A DNA stretch of 63,879 nt, the filler included, from Reticulomyxa filosa (lineage: Eukaryota > Protista > Foraminifera): the NCBI GenBank assembly GCA_000512085.1. It is 14 parts of 14 records of this genome, joined end to end, with 100 filler letters (N's around TTAATTAATTAA, not from the genome) between each part and the next. Parts side by side here need not be neighbours in the genome. Positions count along the whole stretch, not along the records: positions 2,645 to 12,952 come from ASPP01005786.1; positions 13,053 to 16,254 come from ASPP01013157.1; positions 16,355 to 17,762 come from ASPP01000899.1; positions 17,863 to 39,972 come from ASPP01024601.1; 10 more parts are not named here. One strand, written 5' to 3'. The position numbers and the translations under genes are program-made. Below the pieces are notes generated by a model, which saw only the letters and a program-made list of their open reading frames with translations, ran no database searches and had not been told where the DNA came from. Positions 11,259 to 23,720 of this stretch are shown here, piece after piece (position 1 is the first letter of the stretch; each line of letters opens with the position of its first letter).

Positions 11259-12501
11259 AATGGTGGATAATAGTGTCCCTCCAAGTGCGCCTCGACCATC
11301 AGAGAGCGGTGCTGCACGAACGGAAGGAACAGGAGAAAGACGCGAAAGCCATTCTTTTGGTACGGTACCACAATATGAGACACCACAACGAGCGCGACAG
11401 CAGACCAGCCCTATCAAGTCGAAGATCCGCACGCTCAGCCTACACAGAAATCGAAAGCAGATGTGATTAGGACTTATGCGGATGGGGTTAAATACTTTGG
11501 TCCACGAAGCAAACGTATTCTGAGCATGGCATGTGCGCTTTTGCTGTATGCCTTGATGTCATTGGCGTATTGGTACGACACTGAAGATCTGAAGAAGGTC
11601 GACGATGCGGACGGTACGTCTTTTGTGGACGAGTACAATTGCAAAGGCACAGGTTTATTGTCGATATTATTCGCATGTTTGGCCTGCATATTCCTGCAAG
11701 TGTCCAAGTGTGCTAACACCGCGAAATCGGAATACGTGCTGATCAATTTGATTATCTTGGGGGTGTTTTCATTTGGAGGCTTCTTGTTTTTGGTAGGTGG
11801 TTTTGTTATTGCTGGGAGTTACGGCAAGCTCAGTTGAGTTTTAAAAAAAAAAAATTAGAAAATGTAAAAAGAAGGGGGGGGAGTAAAGTAGTTTTAAAAA
11901 AATGTGAACTTTTTTTTTAATTATAAAAAAAAAAAAGGATTTCCCCCCCCCCTTCTTTCTCCTTGTTCACGGTGAATCCAAAGATACCGACCATAATGTT
12001 GATATCCGCTCGTATCAGACAATGCATGTATCAGATGGATTTTTTATATGTCTGTTAAGCGTCGCCCTTGGTATGGACGTGTGGCGCAATTATTTGGCCA
12101 TTTCGATTCGCTTCCGAAGTGTGATAGTGGTGAACACCATCTATTTGTTTTCCGGACTGTTGTATTTCTTTGCCTTTGCCACGTTCAGCGACGATGTTGC
12201 CACCAACAACACACGTGCCGTCGCAGCTGGATTCTTCTTTGTTTTGCTTGGAGGTAGCCTGTTGTATGCCTTGGAGTTTATTGATATTTGCTGCAAATGG
12301 TTGGGTAAAATCCAGTTGTATGCAATGAAAGCACGCTTGAAAATTCTTCTCATTCTCATCATTGCCTTGTATCTCTTTGGCACCTTCCTCGTAGACTGTG
12401 GCTTGTGGGGCATTGTTGACAAGTCGAACGCCACTTCAAAAGCCAATGCCGTGGTTGTTGGAATGTCCTTTTTGTTTTCTGTCAATGTTAAAATTGATTA
12501 A
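11259..12501 (+). CDS. Hypothetical multi-pass membrane protein (multi-exon)
   Basis: ORFs 11463-11837 and 12022-12501 contain several hydrophobic helices; there is a hydrophilic N-terminus from MVDNSVPP, and an intron at ~11833-11938. Confidence 0.55.
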
Positions 12502-13079
12502 AAGGGAAGATAAGAGGATGGGGAGGGGGATGGACGAATAGTATGCAAAAAAAAAAAAATATATATATATATAAATCAAATACAAATGCAAATACAAATA
12601 TAAAACAAAACATAAACAATGTCGAAAAATTAAGAAATTCTTGCGAGCAAAGTTCGAACCAACTGTCAACAAAAATTGACGTAGCAAATGAAACGGTTTG
12701 ATAAAATGAACAACAAATTGTTGAACGATTTAAACAATGAGGACAAAAAATCGCAAAAAGAATTGAATGCGTTGGCAAAAGCCCAACAAAATTGCGACGA
12801 GAAAAAAAAGCAGGTGATTGCCGCTGAATAATCATTAAACGCAGAACTTCAGCGATTACAATAATACACTAAAAAGCATATCGTTCCAAAGTTTTTTTTG
12901 CCAAGTTTGTGGAAAAGTTTTGTGATAGTGTGGAAAAGCATACTCCGATTGANNNNNNNNNNNNNNNNNNNNNNNNNNNNNNNNNNNNNNNNNNNNTTAA
13001 TTAATTAANNNNNNNNNNNNNNNNNNNNNNNNNNNNNNNNNNNNNNNNNNNNAAAAAAAAAAAAAAATGTATATTACAG

Positions 13080-13283
13080 ACCATCAATTGCGTGTGCTTG
13101 CTGCTCATGAGCAGCGCGTACAAGAGACCCTACGAATTCTTATGCGCGGGATGCATTAACTGCTGCAAGTCCCCCGTTTCGATAATCGAAAAAAAGGTGA
13201 GCAAGATGGGCTCGGGTAAAGGTGAACCGTCCAGTCCCACTGATGCTACCACTGGTACTCAGGAAATGACCGAATATTACTAA
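13080..13283 (+). CDS. Last exon of a probable 7TM/GPCR-like membrane protein
   Basis: TINCVCLLLMSSAYKRPYEFLCAGCINCC looks like a final TM helix plus a Cys-rich helix 8, followed by a hydrophilic tail. Confidence 0.35.
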   Translation, partial: TINCVCLLLMSSAYKRPYEFLCAGCINCCKSPVSIIEKKVSKMGSGKGEPSSPTDATTGTQEMTEYY

Positions 13284-15506
13284 ACTTTTTTTGTTTTGTT
13301 TTTCTCTTCTTTTCTCCCTTGTTATTTGTTCATTTGGTTAGCTGCGCAATTGTCAACGGTCTTAGGTCTTTGCAGGTGATTTGCCATTACTTCCTATTCG
13401 CACTTTTGTATACTTATGAGCTTTAGTAAACATTTTTTTTTTTATCTGCTGGACACTGCTTTTATATGCTCGTGCGCACTTTTTGCTTTGCTGTCGAGGA
13501 ATTTTCTTTTTTTGTTTGTTTATTTTAATTAATTGTAAATGTCTCTTTTTCCTGACATATTACATGTTCTCTTACGACTGAGGGTAATTCATCCATCTCG
13601 GCAAACTTTGTCTTCCCTCCTTTGTAAACAAAGAAATGATAGTTTAGAAAAGTGTGCTAAAACAAGTTAAACAATCAGCCATGCATTGTCTTTGTAACTT
13701 TCAATACAATAAAATAATTTTTCGATCCAAAATTTTGGCTAAAAAAAATGAACACTGACGAGTGAAAAACTCTTTGTGGAATCATTTGTTTCATAGTGGT
13801 CCAGGGCAAAACTAGTGTTCTAATGTTCTAACAAAAAAAACTTGCTAAATGTTCACCCCAGCTTAAACAAACTCTTATTATAACAATTGGTCCAACACTT
13901 GCATTTGATCCATTTAAAATGTATTCAAATCAACAGCGTCATGAATACTGCCCTTTTTTAACTTTTGCCCTTTTGTCTTGTTCCGTACATTACAATGTAA
14001 GTACATGAAAATGAAATTTTCTTTTGCAGGTATTACCATGTACATAAATTATATAAGGGTTCCTGCTTTGTCCAAATAGCTTTGAAATATGTACTTGTTT
14101 ATAAGCTAATGGGCAACATAAAAAGCAATGAAATGAACCTATTTTGCTCAAAATTAAGATTAGCAATGGAACATGGCAAAGGCAAAATAGATTTAGATTC
14201 TTAATAGACTTTGTAAAACAGTTAGATATCCAGAGATATTTAATGCTTTGGCCAATGATAATATGATATTTGTTGATGGAATGAGTGAAAATAAATAGAA
14301 GAAATTTAAATACGTTTTCATAAGTATTATTGTATCTCAGTATTAAGAAGGGAGTTTCTATGTACATATCTTTGAGTAGCACTGCAGAAGGATAGAGTGT
14401 GAGAAATAACAGATCAAAGAAAAAGAATAGAAACGGGAAACCCAAAGGTATAAAATGATACAAACAAAGTTATCGGTCCAATAAATAGAGTGTCTAATGT
14501 TCGATTTCATTAAAATTTTTGGATCTTTTTTTTGAATTGTATATTAAAATGTACTGTTTATTTGGTCCATTAAAAACTTAGACGATAAAAACAAATCATT
14601 AATGTCAAGAATAGATTTAACTTTATTATTTATGATATTTTTGGCAATGTTTTGTTTGTACAAAAACTAGGAAAACAGATTAAATATTGCAAACTAAAAA
14701 AATTCTACAATTGCATTGCAAAGATTGTAAACCTATTTTACTAGACAAAACAAAAAAATTTTCTTTTAGACTGGATAATTAAAATGTTTAATATAGCAAT
14801 AAGAAATTTGCCTGTTTAGATATTTAAAGTACAATTTTCTTCAGATGGTCTGATTATATCATGTTTAGATGACAATACAATGCAAATTGAAAACCTGGAT
14901 AGAAATTAAACCGTGTGAAGGCATTAAAACAAGGACACGATCTTCACTAGATTGAAAACATTGCATCCAATTTTTGGATGGAAGTATTTGACTGTGTGCT
15001 ACAATTGCCATCCAATCAATAATAAAACTTTCGTGTCATTCAAATTAGGTAAAAATCTCATCTGATCGATATTTTCAAAGAGAAAATGCAAGTGGCATTT
15101 GATGCAAGTATTATGTGCAAAAAGCTTTTGTTTGCTATGTAAAACTGTTCGATCAGCTCTTTTATTGTTTTTTCAATTCGCTTCCATCATAGCACACGAT
15201 TTTACTTGCCATAACGCCTTCTTCCAACTGTATTAAACACACATAATGAGTTGACTCATATCAAAATGAGCAAATAAAAATGTAATGCAAATAAACTTTA
15301 AAAAAGTAATTGAATTTCACGCGATTTTTCGGTGAAAAATTATTGCGCTGCGGTGTCAATCCAAAAATTATTTTTTTTGCATCTTCGGATTTTTAAACGC
15401 GAACCAAAACGAGTTTGGAGGGAAGCAGAAGGCGTTGATTTTTTGGATATAGAAATAAATATAAACATTAGGATTTTGATAATCAGATAATAATATATAT
15501 AATTAA

Positions 15507-16254
15507 ATGGAAAGAACAAGACCTGTGCGTGCACGTGAAGTGCCAAAACTGGCAAGACCAGATTATTATTGCCTTCCGAGTATAAAAGAATTGGAAGCAA
15601 TGACAGAAGAGCAGTTGAGAGCAATAAAAAACTTGACAGTCGGACACAAAGTATATGGCAAGGTGATGTTTCCAGGAGAGACAGACGTGCGAGGGATCGA
15701 TCTGGACGAGGTGGTGACAATTGGATGGAGAGCGATTCAAGTCTATGTCGACGACGACCCTAAAAAACCAGCAATCGTTTGAGTGACGAGAGGAAGAAGA
15801 AGAGGGAGAGAAGGAAGAAGAAAAAAAAAAAAGGGGAGGGGAGTGCTAACTTAAATGTCCAAAAAAGTCCTATGCATATGACACACAACAAATGGTATTG
15901 CTAAACAAACAAATCAAAAAAAAAATAGGGTAAAGGACTAAATAAAAAAGCAGAAGTGGAATTGCACGGAGTAACGCCACTGCCGCCGAAGGACGCGAGT
16001 GAAGAGTGGAGACCGACGAGAGCGGAGATGGAAGCATTTGCATTGCAACTGGAGACGAACACGAGACACGACGAAGACGTGACGTGGATAGGCTTGGATG
16101 TCGACACATATGTTTGGCGATTCGCAGTGCGACATTGGACCATTTATGGCTTTTCCGAGGGCAAGCAGACGACCAAGCTGGAAGGAATGCCTACGCGAGC
16201 CCTTGTTGCTGCCGCTGCCACTTCCACTGCCACTGCTACTGCCACTGTGACGGC
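15507..16254 (+). CDS. Nup98/Nup96 autopeptidase (peptidase S59) domain protein, 3' truncated by the contig end
   Basis: Exon 1 PKLARPDYYCLPSIKEL...NLTVGHKVYGKVMFPGETDVRGIDLDEVVTI...VYVDDDPKKPAI; phase-0 intron 15777-15928 (GT..AG, with TGCTAAC inside); exon 2 GKGLNKKAEVELHGV...WRFAVRHWTIYGF. Confidence 0.88.
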
Positions 16255-16354
16255 NNNNNNNNNNNNNNNNNNNNNNNNNNNNNNNNNNNNNNNNNNNNTT
16301 AATTAATTAANNNNNNNNNNNNNNNNNNNNNNNNNNNNNNNNNNNNNNNNNNNN

Positions 16355-16545
16355 AAGTATTTTCTTTGTATCTGTTTTCGCCACAATCTTGTTGACGACG
16401 AAAATCGTTGTTAATAATCGAAGATTAACTTCGAACTTCTTTTAGATACTGCTAAATGTTGCAGATCTAGTTGTTCTTTGCCTTCCTTCAAAATACAACT
16501 TTTTTTTCAAAAGTTTATATCGATGATGAAGAATTATTATTTTTT
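16355..16545 (+). repeat. Dispersed non-coding repeat, copy 1
   Basis: AATCTTGTTGACGACGAAAATCG...CAAAAGTTTATATCGATGATGAA; reverse-complement match to 16955-17130 and direct match to 39450-39615. Confidence 0.8.
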
Positions 16546-17762
16546 TTATTTATTGGAACAAATGGATACTTCTTCCAGACTTTGTTGTAATAACCCTGGT
16601 TGGTCGCTCATCTCATTTACATCACTTATAAATATTAATGGTCCACAATGCCACGTCACCAGCAAACATGCCACACTGAATAAGCTGATGAATCACTGTT
16701 GTGGGTCATTAATATACAACAAAAATAATATTGAGGATAAAGCAGATCCTTGAGGGACTCCAGTATTGAATTCAATCCATTCTGAATGAACTCCATTCAA
16801 TCAACCCTTCCAAGTCGATCTGATAAAAAGTTATCCACCAATAATCTTCCATCTAGTTGAAATTCATTTCTCATTTTGTATCTTAATCCATTTCTCTAAA
16901 CACTGTCATATGCCGCATAAGTAACTGAATTAAAAAAAAAATTAATTTAAACATCCTTCATCATCGATATAAACTTTTGAAAAAAAAAGTTGCATTTTGA
17001 ATGAAGACAAGCACAGAACAACTAGATACTGTGCATCTAGCAGTATCTGAAAGAAGTTCGAAGTTAATTTCGTCTTCAACAAGATTGAAGCGAAAACAGA
17101 AACAAAAACAAAGATACAAAGAAAACAAACTTTTTAAACTAACAAAGAAAAATTTTTTTATCGTAGATAAAAAAATGTTTATACTAGTCGTGATATTTCG
17201 TAAGATATATCGAACAACCAGGATAAAAAGCGAAACCTCTGAAGGTATCGGTTGAAACAGAATAGCAAGACCAAACAAAGCTTACAAGCAAAAATTGAGC
17301 CATTTTCTAGTGAATAATTTCAATTAAACATTCACTCGATAACAATGCAATTGGTCTGTGACTATGATCTCTGTCAGGCTTGGGAATATGCATAATGTTT
17401 GCCTTTTTCCATTCAATTGGCATATATCCCACTCGGAAACTCCATCCAAATAGGAATACCAACGAATCAATCATTGGATTGTCACCATTCTTTAACATTT
17501 GATTGTGAATGTTATCAGGACCTTGAGCTTTATATGGAGACAAATGTCTCAATGACTCAATAATCTCCTTTGTAATGTCCCTTTGATGGATATCAAATGA
17601 CCGAATACAACTTTCATCCAATTCCAATGGCTTGAATATCGCCACTTTGAATCTAATATCTTTTTCTACCATCTCATAATGTTCTCATCCACATCTTTGG
17701 GAGATTGGGGTGGCTCTGCAAATGTCTTTGCCAACAGATACGCTTTATCTGCATCTGATCTC
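16545..17762 (-). mobile_element. Degenerate LINE (APE-type) reverse transcriptase interrupted by a non-coding repeat
   Basis: 17307-17672 reads KAQGPDNIHNQMLK...PIEWKKANIMHIPKP...HRPIALLSS; 16545-16920 reads AAYDSV...NFLSDR...NTGVPQGSALSSILFLLYIND. Confidence 0.85.
16921..17295 (-). repeat. Dispersed non-coding repeat, copy 2 (inverted relative to copy 1), splitting the RT
   Basis: TTCATCATCGATATAAACTTTTG...GAAGTTCGAAGTTAAT...CAACAAGATTG...GTTTATACTAGT is shared with the other copies. Confidence 0.8.
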
Positions 17763-20074
17763 NNNNNNNNNNNNNNNNNNNNNNNNNNNNNNNNNNNNNN
17801 NNNNNNTTAATTAATTAANNNNNNNNNNNNNNNNNNNNNNNNNNNNNNNNNNNNNNNNNNNNCAGTGAAAGAAAGTTTCTTGTTATAGATTTGACAAAGA
17901 GTGCTGCTAATTTTTTGTTTTCAACTTCTGAAATTATATCATATTGTACAAGTTTGAAGTATTTTGTTCATATATTTGTTCTTAGTCCGGATCAACAACA
18001 AAACATATCATGTATTAAATATCAATGGCAGAAACGTTGGTCAGATAGTGCTTCATCTACACTATTATATTATTTCAAATTTCAAAGAGCATAGACTTCA
18101 AGTATATGTACAGTTCCAATCACATTTATCACACTCTTATAAAAAATTATTTTTTAAAGAATATAAACATTGCAACTGATAAAATTTAAACTGCTTTTTT
18201 AAATTCTCAATTTGTAAAAACTTAAAATTTTTTCATTTTGTAAGTATTCTATTTCCAATTGCAAAGTTTGAATTTTTAAAACTAAAGTAATTTGGCAATT
18301 TATTACTTTTACTTGTAAATTTTTCCTTTTGTGAAAATCAATATATTATTACACTTTTTATTAGCATTACAAAACTTTGACATACACATAATAGCTGTAG
18401 GCCACATTTCCAAAGCTATCAGTTTCTAATATTTTAAAAAAATCTTCTTTGATCAATGCAACAGAGAAACTTAGAAAACAGTCTTACTTTCTTTGAGCAT
18501 ACTTATTAACATTTATTTTTCAAAAAATTGAAAAGTTTTTTTAGAAGAATAATCGCACTTACCAGTTATTTTATGTTTTAAACCTCTGAGGAATTTGTTC
18601 ATACTTTTTGAGACAAGGGAAGCAAAAACTAAAAAAAGGTCGAAAAGGAGAAGTGCATTTATTGCCAAGGTTAAAAAAATTTGTTCCTTAATCCCATGTT
18701 CTCATTAGATTCTGGATCAATCAGTTGTGCTGATAACAAGTATTTTTAATTATTGTTTTAACTTTTATTTTCTTTTTGTGAGAATGAACGGAGACATTAT
18801 TTTCATGAACGGGGACAGGCCAAGCTCCTTTTTTTCTTATCACAATGGCGCCAATCAAAAATGCAAGCAAAACCGGCCAGAGCACTGGTGGAATGAAGGT
18901 CATCATGAGGATACAAATAGAAAGAAAAGAAGCTTTTCACAACTATCGGCAGATGACAAAGAGATTGAACAAACAAGCAACGGGCCATGCCATCAATTGA
19001 AACGGCATCGTTCCAATATAGCCAACCCAAAAAGTTTTTACCTCGAGGGCAACACGAATCAAAATTTCATTGGAGTGAATGATGCATCACAAGTTTTTTT
19101 TTATTCTTTTTTTTTAAAAGGGGTTGTTTGTGTCTTTTTTAAACGTAGATCATCTCTTTTTTTTTTTGATTGGGTGCGATTAGCTTCCAAAAAAAGTTAG
19201 CAATAAAACATCTTATCACACTAACGAAAGTTATAATCACTATCAAAAGTTACTCGAAGAAACAAATATGCGGAGTACTTCATACACTGGAGAATGCTTG
19301 AACACAAGATTTCGATTGCAGCCTTTTGAAATGAGCACAAAAAACAGCACCTCCAATGATCAGTGGTAAGTTTAAAAGTAGGGCCTTGTTTTCTATTTTT
19401 TTTAATTTATTTTGATGGATGTGTGAAATAGGAAGGAAAATATTGAACAAGCATTGGAAAAAGCGCGAAAAGACAACACTTTTGAACGCTTTAAAAGATG
19501 CAACAATGGACTGGGACAACAAGTATTAGCTGCAAAAATGCGCCAGCAAATAGAGAAACAACAGCCGGATAAAAGAATGAAAAGTTGATACATGTTGGCT
19601 CGAACAAATAAACAACGTGATCTTTGATTTCATCAAAAAATAAAATTTTTGAAATGTTTGCTGTTTTTTTTTATGTGTGTGTGTTCTCTTGTTTTATTTT
19701 TTAGATCTTATTTATTTTGGAGTTTTTGTTTTGTTGTTGTTCCTTCAGATTGTCAAACCGCAAAAATGTTGCTTTGAGAAAAGAATTACTGTTTGTTTTT
19801 GTTCAAACGAAGCGTAAATCAAATTAATTGTTATTATTCTATTTGCTCAGTTACAATAAGCGCATTTTGTTGAATTTGAAATTGCTCATTTTCAAATTAA
19901 AAAAATGTAATTACAATTTCCGGAGGGGAGGAATTGAAATACATTGACTGAAAGGAAAACAACATGCCGCATGAAAGACAAGACGTGTTGAACAAAAAAG
20001 TTTAGTAAAACAAGAAAAGAGGGGGTCGCTGGAAGGTCCATCTTTTTAGGAATTGTCAGGCTTTGTCATAGGTA

Positions 20075-23000
20075 TTGATATTCTACTCTGCAGAAATGAC
20101 ACAAAATGAGTCATATGAAGAAAAAGACACTTGCAATTGGGAAGAATTTGTGCGAAAAAATGTGGATAGAGGGCGACGCGTTCCCACAGAGCCCAATGAA
20201 GACTTGATACTCCAACATGTGGATACGGATTTGTATGTGGGATTTGTGCCAGGCTATGATGGCGAAAGAGACACAAGACTTCATCGTCCCGTGATCCGTA
20301 TATATGGAATAGACAAGCAAGGGCAGTCAGTGCTGATACACATATATGGGTTTTGTCCGTACTTTTTTGTGCAGTCATGGGGATTTGATGAAAGCCAGGC
20401 GGAGGAAATGTGCGAGCGACTGCAAAAAGCGTTGGAGTTTGCACTGTCGAGTGAAAAATCGAGTTCGAAATATGACGTATATGTTCCGAAGGTGTGCACC
20501 GTGGAAAAGCAGTCTCTTTGGGGTTGTCAATTTGGTCAGAACACAACGTTTCTGAAGATATACGTAACGGTACCAACCTTGGTCCCGACGTGTCGAGGCA
20601 TCTTGCAAGTAGGAGTGGACTTGGGTCCAGGAATCGGATTGCAATCGTTTGACACGTATGAGTCGAATGTACCATTTTTATTGCGTTATATGATCGATGC
20701 GGATTTGTATGGAAGCGCATGGTTTGAGGTAGAAGCATCACAGTACTCAGTAGTACCAAAGAATGAAATGGTCAGTCATTGTTCGATGGAAGTGATTGTC
20801 GCTTGGACCGATGTCAAGCCCCTTTCGAAAAAGTTGTCATTGCACTGGGATGTCGACAGTATTGCGCCATTGCGGCTGTTGTCATTTGATATCGAATGTC
20901 AATGTTCCCAAGGATTTCCCGAAGCCACCAACGATTCCGACAAAGTGATTCAGATTGCCAATGTATTGAAAATCGAAGGGCAAAAAGACTTTTGTTATCA
21001 AACAGTCTTTTGTTTGGGGTCATGTGCACCCATCCCCGGCTGTCATGTCCGAAGCTTTGAGACGGAGCGAGACTTGCTTCTTGCATGGGTACAGTTTGTT
21101 CAGAAGTGCGACCCGGACATCCTTACCGGGTACAATATTGTCAACTTCGATTTGCCCTATTTGTTGAATCGTGCAGCGCATATGGGTATTGCCGATTTCC
21201 CTTACTTGGGACGTATCCGCACCAGCAAGGCTCGAATCAAAGATTCCATGTTTTCGAGTCGCGCCTACGGCACTAGCGCGAGTAAAGATATCACCATCGA
21301 GGGTCGCATTCAAATGGATTTGTTCCCGCTCATTCGTCGGGAACACCGACTGCGCTCTTACAGCTTGAACAATGTCGCCTTTCATTTCCTGCAACAGAGC
21401 AAGGAAGATGTCCACTACTCGATTATCGGCGATTTGCAAAATGGAAATGACCAAACGCGAAGGCGATTGGCCGTGTATTGTCTCAAAGACGCAATGCTGC
21501 CCGTTCGCTTGAACGAACAGCTGATGATTTTGATCAACCAAATTGAAATGGCACGTGTCACCGGTGTTCCCATTACCTTCCTTATCACACGAGGACAGCA
21601 GATCAAAGTATTGTCCCAAATTTATCGCAAAGCCAAAGTGAAAGGATATTTGATTCCATACCGCAAAATGACAGGAGATGAAGAGACTTTTGACGGAGCC
21701 ATTGTAATTCCGCCACAAAGGGGATATTATGTATCCCCGATTACCACCTTGGACTTTGCCAGCTTGTATCCTAGCATTATGATGGCGCATAACTTGTGCT
21801 ATACTACAATGGCCAATCGTCATGACGCTTTGACCAAACTGAACGATGACCAATCCAGGTACACCCTCACGCCAACTGGAAATTACTTTGTCAAGCCTTG
21901 TGTCCAAAAAGGGCTTTTACCCGAAATTTTGGAAGAATTGCTGGCTGCACGCGCTGCCACCAAAAAAGCGATGAAAGAAACCACGGATCCATCCAAGCAA
22001 TCAGTGTTGAACGGACGACAACTGGCTTTGAAGATTACTGCCAATTCTGTTTACGGATTCACTGGAGCAACTGTTGGCTCATTACCATGCTTTGCTATTA
22101 GCTCCAGTGTCACCGGCTTTGGTCGGGAGATGATTGAACGTGCCAAAGAAATTGTCGAAAGTGAATTTAATATGTCTAAGGGCTATGAACATAATGCACA
22201 AGTTATATACGGAGATACTGATTCGGTCATGGTCAAATTTGGAACAAATGAAATGAAAACTGCAATGGAATTGGGGCGCAAGGCAGCGGAATTAGTGACT
22301 TCACATTTTCAAAAGCCTATTCGCCTTGAGTTTGAAAAAGTGTATATGCCTTATCTTTTGATGAATAAAAAAAGATATGCCGGCATGTTATGGACAAAGA
22401 GTGACAAATGGGATTACATGGACGCAAAAGGAATTGAAACAGTTCGTAGAGACAATTGTGAGTTGGTGAAAACAGTAGTGCAAAAAGTATTGGATTACAT
22501 TTTAATTGAAAAGGATGTGCTAAAAGCGGAACAATTTACCAAATCAATCATTTCAAAACTGTTACAAAACAAAATTGACATGTCTCTGTTGGTCATCACC
22601 AAAGCACTTGGAAAAATTGATGAATACAAAGTAAAAACTGCTCACGTAGAATTAGTTCAAAGAATGAGAAAACGTGACAGTGCAACTGCTCCCAAAGTTG
22701 GTGATCGAGTGGCTTATGTCATTATTAAAGGCCCAAAAAATGCCAAAGCTTATGAACGAGTGGAAGATCCGTTGTATGCACTTGAAAATGGTATCCCGTT
22801 GGACAGTGAGTACTATTTGACACACCAATTGAAAGAACCTTTGAAAAGAATATTCGAACCTATACTAGGAGAAAAAATCAATTCATTGTTCAGTGGGCGA
22901 CATACCCGTGCCATAACTGTCTCAACTAGTAGAGTTGGTGCGATGAGTAAATTCACTGTCGTCAGGAAAACATGTGCTGGATGCAAAGTCAATTGGAGTG

Positions 23001-23245
23001 GTGTCGGAAGTGTTTGTGATCACTGCAAAGGAAAAGAACCTCAATTGTACATGAAACAAATGGCATTGGTCCGTTTGCACGAACAAAACTTCAACAGTCT
23101 TTGGACACAATGTCAACGATGTCAAGGCAGTCTGACACAAGAAGTCTTGTGCAGCAATAGAGATTGTCCTATTTTCTACAGACGAACAAAAGTTAAAAAG
23201 GATTTAGAGAATGCTCAACGAGTTTTAGCTCAATTTTCTTTGTAG
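20075..23245 (+). CDS. POLD1: DNA polymerase delta catalytic subunit (first ATG at 20096; possible short upstream exon MPHERQDVLNKK near 19964)
   Basis: ExoI SFDIEC, ExoII GYNIVNFDLPYL, ExoIII YCLKDA; polymerase motifs DFASLYPSIMMAHNLCY, KITANSVYGFTG and YGDTDS; C-terminal CysA (CAGC...CDHC) and CysB (CQRC...CSNRDCPIFY). Confidence 0.98.
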   Translation: MIFYSAEMTQNESYEEKDTCNWEEFVRKNVDRGRRVPTEPNEDLILQHVDTDLYVGFVPGYDGERDTRLHRPVIRIYGIDKQGQSVLIHIYGFCPYFFVQSWGFDESQAEEMCERLQKALEFALSSEKSSSKYDVYVPKVCTVEKQSLWGCQFGQNTTFLKIYVTVPTLVPTCRGILQVGVDLGPGIGLQSFDTYESNVPFLLRYMIDADLYGSAWFEVEASQYSVVPKNEMVSHCSMEVIVAWTDVKPLSKKLSLHWDVDSIAPLRLLSFDIECQCSQGFPEATNDSDKVIQIANVLKIEGQKDFCYQTVFCLGSCAPIPGCHVRSFETERDLLLAWVQFVQKCDPDILTGYNIVNFDLPYLLNRAAHMGIADFPYLGRIRTSKARIKDSMFSSRAYGTSASKDITIEGRIQMDLFPLIRREHRLRSYSLNNVAFHFLQQSKEDVHYSIIGDLQNGNDQTRRRLAVYCLKDAMLPVRLNEQLMILINQIEMARVTGVPITFLITRGQQIKVLSQIYRKAKVKGYLIPYRKMTGDEETFDGAIVIPPQRGYYVSPITTLDFASLYPSIMMAHNLCYTTMANRHDALTKLNDDQSRYTLTPTGNYFVKPCVQKGLLPEILEELLAARAATKKAMKETTDPSKQSVLNGRQLALKITANSVYGFTGATVGSLPCFAISSSVTGFGREMIERAKEIVESEFNMSKGYEHNAQVIYGDTDSVMVKFGTNEMKTAMELGRKAAELVTSHFQKPIRLEFEKVYMPYLLMNKKRYAGMLWTKSDKWDYMDAKGIETVRRDNCELVKTVVQKVLDYILIEKDVLKAEQFTKSIISKLLQNKIDMSLLVITKALGKIDEYKVKTAHVELVQRMRKRDSATAPKVGDRVAYVIIKGPKNAKAYERVEDPLYALENGIPLDSEYYLTHQLKEPLKRIFEPILGEKINSLFSGRHTRAITVSTSRVGAMSKFTVVRKTCAGCKVNWSGVGSVCDHCKGKEPQLYMKQMALVRLHEQNFNSLWTQCQRCQGSLTQEVLCSNRDCPIFYRRTKVKKDLENAQRVLAQFSL

Positions 23246-23720
23246 CATCCAACGGGTATTTACCCTTTTTACAATATTTTATTTAAAAATTCAAATGATT
23301 GATAATACGCATTTATTTGAATGTCATTAGTCATCTTTTTGCTTTTAGATCAAATTACAAAAACATCTTTTTTCACTTTATTTTACCAAATTTTTTTTGA
23401 GGATAATTTTCCTTTTAATGGCAAAACTCTTCAGAGAAAGACACGAATTAGAGGGAAATATCACAACGGAAAGAAAAATATTTGACTTAAAAAAACAAAT
23501 GTTTCAACAATACTAATAACAAATTTCTAGCTAAATTGTATCGAAACATCTTTTTTTTTTTTGTACTGCTAGTATGGCTGAGGAATCAAGAAAGAAAATT
23601 GATGAACACTCTCGCTCTCAACCAAAATTGATTTTTCTCCCCCCCCCCTTTTCTTAAAGAAACATTGACGTACATTGTGAGAAAAGATCATCCAAAATAG
23701 TATTCGGCATTCGTGTAGGA

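Noticed and set aside
20046-21907. Long antisense ORFs 20046-20759 and 21020-21907, and similar shadow ORFs over NOP14 and 59524-61204
   Set aside because: They overlap well-supported genes on the other strand and have no motifs; they are by-products of codon bias and low complexity.
20075-23245. Giant-virus or Polinton family-B polymerase
   Set aside because: The Pol delta-specific CysA/CysB C-terminus and host gene neighbours show it is cellular POLD1.
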